From an uncultured virus (IMG/VR IMGVR_UViG_3300006990_000018) (lineage: Duplodnaviria; Heunggongvirae; Uroviricota; Caudoviricetes), in IMG/VR virus record IMGVR_UViG_3300006990_000018: a DNA stretch of 20,000 bases; one strand, written 5' to 3'. The position numbers were made by a program, and so were the translations under genes. The notes beneath the pieces were generated by a model. It saw only the letters and a list, made by a program, of their open reading frames with translations, ran no database searches and was not told the origin of the DNA. Positions 17,302-20,000 of the stretch are shown piece by piece. How positions within the stretch are numbered: the stretch's first letter is position 1; every line of letters starts with the position of its first letter.

Positions 17302-17679
17302 ATGGCTACCAAGAAAAAGGCTCCAAAGGCCGCTAAGGAACCCAAGGAAGAAGTCGTTGAAGTGCCCAAGGAAGAGGTCAAGGAAGAGGTCAAGAAGGCC
17401 GCTCCCAAGAAGGCCGCTCCCAAGAAGGCCGCCATGAAGGTCGGCTTGGAACACCTCCCCGACCCCGACTTGGACCCAATGCAACTCGCTGAGTTCATCA
17501 CCGCTTCCTATCACGCTATGCTGGGACGAGACCCCTTGGATGTTGAGATGACTCACCACCTGCGAACCGTGGAAATACACAAGCGACCACGAGCCGACAT
17601 TCACACCGATGTCCGCAAGGGTGGCGAGTATCAAGGCCGCCACGCTCTCAAGGGCGAAGGAACCCTGCTCGGTGAGTGA
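17302..17679 (+). CDS. Lys/Ala/Pro/Glu-rich protein with C-terminal DUF4214-like helical domain
   Basis: KKAAPKKAAPKKAA repeats followed by EFITASYHAMLGRDP..E....EY; class II motif G-TTAAGAA-CC at -30. Confidence 0.7.
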   Translation: MATKKKAPKAAKEPKEEVVEVPKEEVKEEVKKAAPKKAAPKKAAMKVGLEHLPDPDLDPMQLAEFITASYHAMLGRDPLDVEMTHHLRTVEIHKRPRADIHTDVRKGGEYQGRHALKGEGTLLGE

Positions 17680-17689
17680 GGGGGCCTCC

Positions 17690-18241
17690 GTGCCCCACAA
17701 GGACCCTGTGAAGCGAAAAGCGTATCAGAAGCGCTACCAAGAAGGATGGTATGCCCAAAACGGCGACCATCGCCGTGAACAGGTTCGTCGTCGTCGTCGT
17801 GCCCTCAAGCAACGATACCGTGAGTTCAAAAAGACGCTCTCCTGCGAGAAGTGTGGCTTGAGTGGGGAAGAGTCCCCATGGGCACTTGACTTCCACCACA
17901 GGGACGAGGACAGGCAGAAAAAGACCACCTCCGTCTCTCACCTCGTCTCGGGTGGCTACGGTTGGGACCGAATCATGGAGGAGGTTGCTTTGTGTGATGT
18001 CATCTGCGCTAATTGTCATCGCAAGGAGCACTACGAAGAACACATGGAGAAAATAGAGCAGGGCCTTGAAGGCGAGGACCTGTTGCCTACTACAATCAAT
18101 AACCCCGAGTTCGCACGGATGGGTCGCAAGAAGCAACGACGACGACATCGCCTTGAGCGACGAAAAGCGGCTGAGAAGGCGCTTGAGAAGCACGGGGGGC
18201 GCGACTACATCGCAGGTCCAAGCCCCAAGGAAGAACAGTAG
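17690..18241 (+). CDS. HNH endonuclease
   Basis: CEKCG...ALDFHH...EEVALCDVICANCHRKEH signature; GTG start approximate. Confidence 0.85.
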   Translation: MPHKDPVKRKAYQKRYQEGWYAQNGDHRREQVRRRRRALKQRYREFKKTLSCEKCGLSGEESPWALDFHHRDEDRQKKTTSVSHLVSGGYGWDRIMEEVALCDVICANCHRKEHYEEHMEKIEQGLEGEDLLPTTINNPEFARMGRKKQRRRHRLERRKAAEKALEKHGGRDYIAGPSPKEEQ

Positions 18242-18279
18242 GCGCAACCTTAATATAGGTGTGCGTGTCATGGCTATAC
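18239..18279 (+). promoter_or_regulatory. Class I element copy 8 (TTAATATAGG 18250-18259; hairpin GCGCAACCT/AGGTGTGCGT)
   Basis: Its TAG is the HNH stop codon; ATG at +30 (18280). Confidence 0.9.
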
Positions 18280-18516
18280 ATGACCGAAAATCTGATGCGA
18301 GCCAAGAGTGTTCAACACGCCGAATATGAAATCATTGAGCACCTGCTGGGCGAGATTGACCTTGCGTATCTCAAGGAGATGATGTGCGACAACGAGCACT
18401 CAACGAAGCGCTTTGACACCGCCGCCAAGAACCTGTGCGACCGTTTGACGGCCATGGCCGAAGTCCGCCGCAAGAACCTCCCCAAAGGGCACCCCGACCG
18501 AGAGGTGAATGGCTGA
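18280..18516 (+). CDS. Hypothetical cassette protein
   Basis: MTENLMRAK... starts 30 nt after the class I core. Confidence 0.75.
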   Translation: MTENLMRAKSVQHAEYEIIEHLLGEIDLAYLKEMMCDNEHSTKRFDTAAKNLCDRLTAMAEVRRKNLPKGHPDREVNG

Positions 18517-18845
18517 TGCCTTGTCCCAACTGCGGAGCGCCTGTTCGCTACACGAACTCATTCCCCACCTACGACGCCAAGAAGCCGTATGGCTATGACA
18601 AAGCCGAGTGCCTTGGTCGCGTGGAGCGTGAGGGATGGAGCACCACAAAGGCTGGTGAGCGCAAGTGGCGTGTCAAATACGAATCAGAGCCATGTGGATG
18701 GAAGGACGGCATCGCCGCCAAGAGGTCCGTCGTGGCCAAGGTGAAACCCCCTTCTTTGAAGCCAATAGGTGAGACGCCCGTGGCCGACGAGGGCACACAT
18801 CACGACGAGCCAGCAGGACGCCTCTTCCTCAAAGACTACCGATGA
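18516..18845 (+). CDS. Zn-ribbon protein (MPCPNCG...C...CGW)
   Basis: TGATG coupling to the upstream gene; Cys pairs. Confidence 0.68.
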   Translation: MPCPNCGAPVRYTNSFPTYDAKKPYGYDKAECLGRVEREGWSTTKAGERKWRVKYESEPCGWKDGIAAKRSVVAKVKPPSLKPIGETPVADEGTHHDEPAGRLFLKDYR

Positions 18846-18876
18846 GGTTTTTGACCATGATGGCCAAGGCCATGAC

Positions 18877-19995
18877 ATGCAACGCAACCACCAAGCCACG
18901 GCACTCTTGAGAGCCTGCCGACAGGTCCCCGATTGGTGGACCGTGGGTGGACGACAAAATCCGTATGCGATTGAGTTCGTCGGTCTTGGAAGCACGGCGC
19001 AGTTCTATTCCAAGACTGGAACCTACACAGGCGAGGGGACAATAACGATGTGGATTCGCCCCACGGCGACCATAGCGAACGGCGTGAACTACGGCCTGTT
19101 CGCCATCTATGACTCGGGGCTGGGGCAGGACATATGGACGCTGGAACTGCTTGGAGACACCACCAACGGCAACACGGTGGAACTGTTCATGCAAGGCGTA
19201 TCACAGGGCAAGGTCTTGAACATTGGAACCACATGGAGCAACATCACGATTCAGTTCACGGGTGGCGTAGCGTCGCTGTATCACAACGGCACACTCTCCT
19301 TCGTTGGCCTTGGTTCATACCTTGGCCCAGCCACCCAGCACACCATCGGCATTAGCCAAAAGCCACCACCCGCCGTGTCCGCTTATTTGAACGAGGTCAT
19401 CATAGACGAGGTGGCCTTTTTTGATGCTAACCCGACCCCATCCGTGCTTTACAATTCGGGAGTCCCGTTGGACTACGGGAACGACTACCCAAACTTGATT
19501 GCATCATACGAGGTGGAGAAACCCGTCGGGGCTATCAACGCCAATACCCTCGGTCCCACCTACTATCCCTCGGGGACGACGCCATCGTCGTTCGTGTTCG
19601 GCGGCTCAACGACGGGCGTGGTTGAAATCACGACCGAGGCGCTCCGCTCGTCTGACACCAACGCCTTCAAGGAGATGACAACGAACTACGGTGATTATGT
19701 CCGTGGGACGCCCGTGGGGGGCGCTACACCACTTGGAGTGGGCGTGGACCTACCCGATGTCGCTTGCGGCCTCATGCCCTATCCTGCTGGCGCTGGATGG
19801 AGCACACTCGGCTACACGGGAGCGTATGTCGGCAACAAAGAGGAGCCAGCGGCCACGCCCGAGGCATCCAAGGCAACCACCATGACCAGCGACGACCCAA
19901 CCACCTACGCCGCCGTAGGGGGCACGGCCTCGCTGACTGGCGTGGTGGACGCCCGTGCTGGGCGCCTGTTCCTGCCGTTGTTCGTGAAACGATAG
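18877..19995 (+). CDS. LamG / concanavalin A-like domain virion protein
   Basis: TITMWIRP, WSNITIQF...LYHNG, IG, IDEVAFFD, LYNSG pattern typical of LamG-like domains; Thr/Gly-rich; class II motif G-TTTTTGA-CC 29 nt before ATG 18877. Confidence 0.75.
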   Translation: MQRNHQATALLRACRQVPDWWTVGGRQNPYAIEFVGLGSTAQFYSKTGTYTGEGTITMWIRPTATIANGVNYGLFAIYDSGLGQDIWTLELLGDTTNGNTVELFMQGVSQGKVLNIGTTWSNITIQFTGGVASLYHNGTLSFVGLGSYLGPATQHTIGISQKPPPAVSAYLNEVIIDEVAFFDANPTPSVLYNSGVPLDYGNDYPNLIASYEVEKPVGAINANTLGPTYYPSGTTPSSFVFGGSTTGVVEITTEALRSSDTNAFKEMTTNYGDYVRGTPVGGATPLGVGVDLPDVACGLMPYPAGAGWSTLGYTGAYVGNKEEPAATPEASKATTMTSDDPTTYAAVGGTASLTGVVDARAGRLFLPLFVKR

Positions 19996-20000
19996 GCATA

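Noticed and set aside
17690..18241. HNH gene as a mobile intron or homing element
   Set aside because: It is free-standing, no interrupted host gene is evident, and HNH genes are common in head-packaging modules.
878..18279. Class I repeats as a CRISPR array or IS ends
   Set aside because: Copies are dispersed hundreds to thousands of bases apart and separated by whole genes. There are no regular spacers, cas genes, transposase or target-site duplications in the window.
899..18769. ORF-track start positions (32, 899, 2986, 4008, 7940, 11095, 12166, 16366, 16533, 17110, 17609, 18259, 18435, 18769)
   Set aside because: They are longest-ORF starts that overlap upstream genes or promoter elements. 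Downstream starts fit the -30 TATA spacing or stop-start coupling better.
173..19999. Many minus-strand and alternate-frame ORFs in the track (e.g. 2081-3109, 13293-14036, 17648-18271)
   Set aside because: They are shadows of well-supported + strand genes in GC-rich DNA, with no motifs and no independent signals.

Overview
A 20-kb fragment of a tailed archaeal dsDNA virus (Caudoviricetes, HK97-fold capsid). All credible genes lie on the + strand. Archaeal TATA-type promoters with leaderless starts, an RFC-like clamp loader and a CobT-like vWA protein suggest an archaeal host; a marine Poseidoniales 'magrovirus' type is an inference only. The left end holds replication and accessory genes. It is followed by a morphogenesis module: terminase large subunit, two membrane proteins, portal, HK97 gp10-like protein, DUF5824-like protein, prohead protease-scaffold, major capsid protein, adaptor, putative tail terminator, HNH nuclease and a LamG protein. 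The most striking feature is that this module is interrupted repeatedly by small cassettes of unknown genes. Each cassette starts at a ~40-bp repeated element (TAGGC-N6/7-TTAATATAGG-N20-ATG; 9 copies plus a probable 10th at the right edge). Five copies fold into hairpins whose arms differ in sequence but keep pairing around a TAATAT loop. Where structural genes resume they carry a second, different TATA-like motif (G-TYWWDRV-CC at -28 to -31). One copy of that motif lies inside the protease gene and marks a probable nested scaffold gene. All product calls come from motif recognition by eye; no database search was run.
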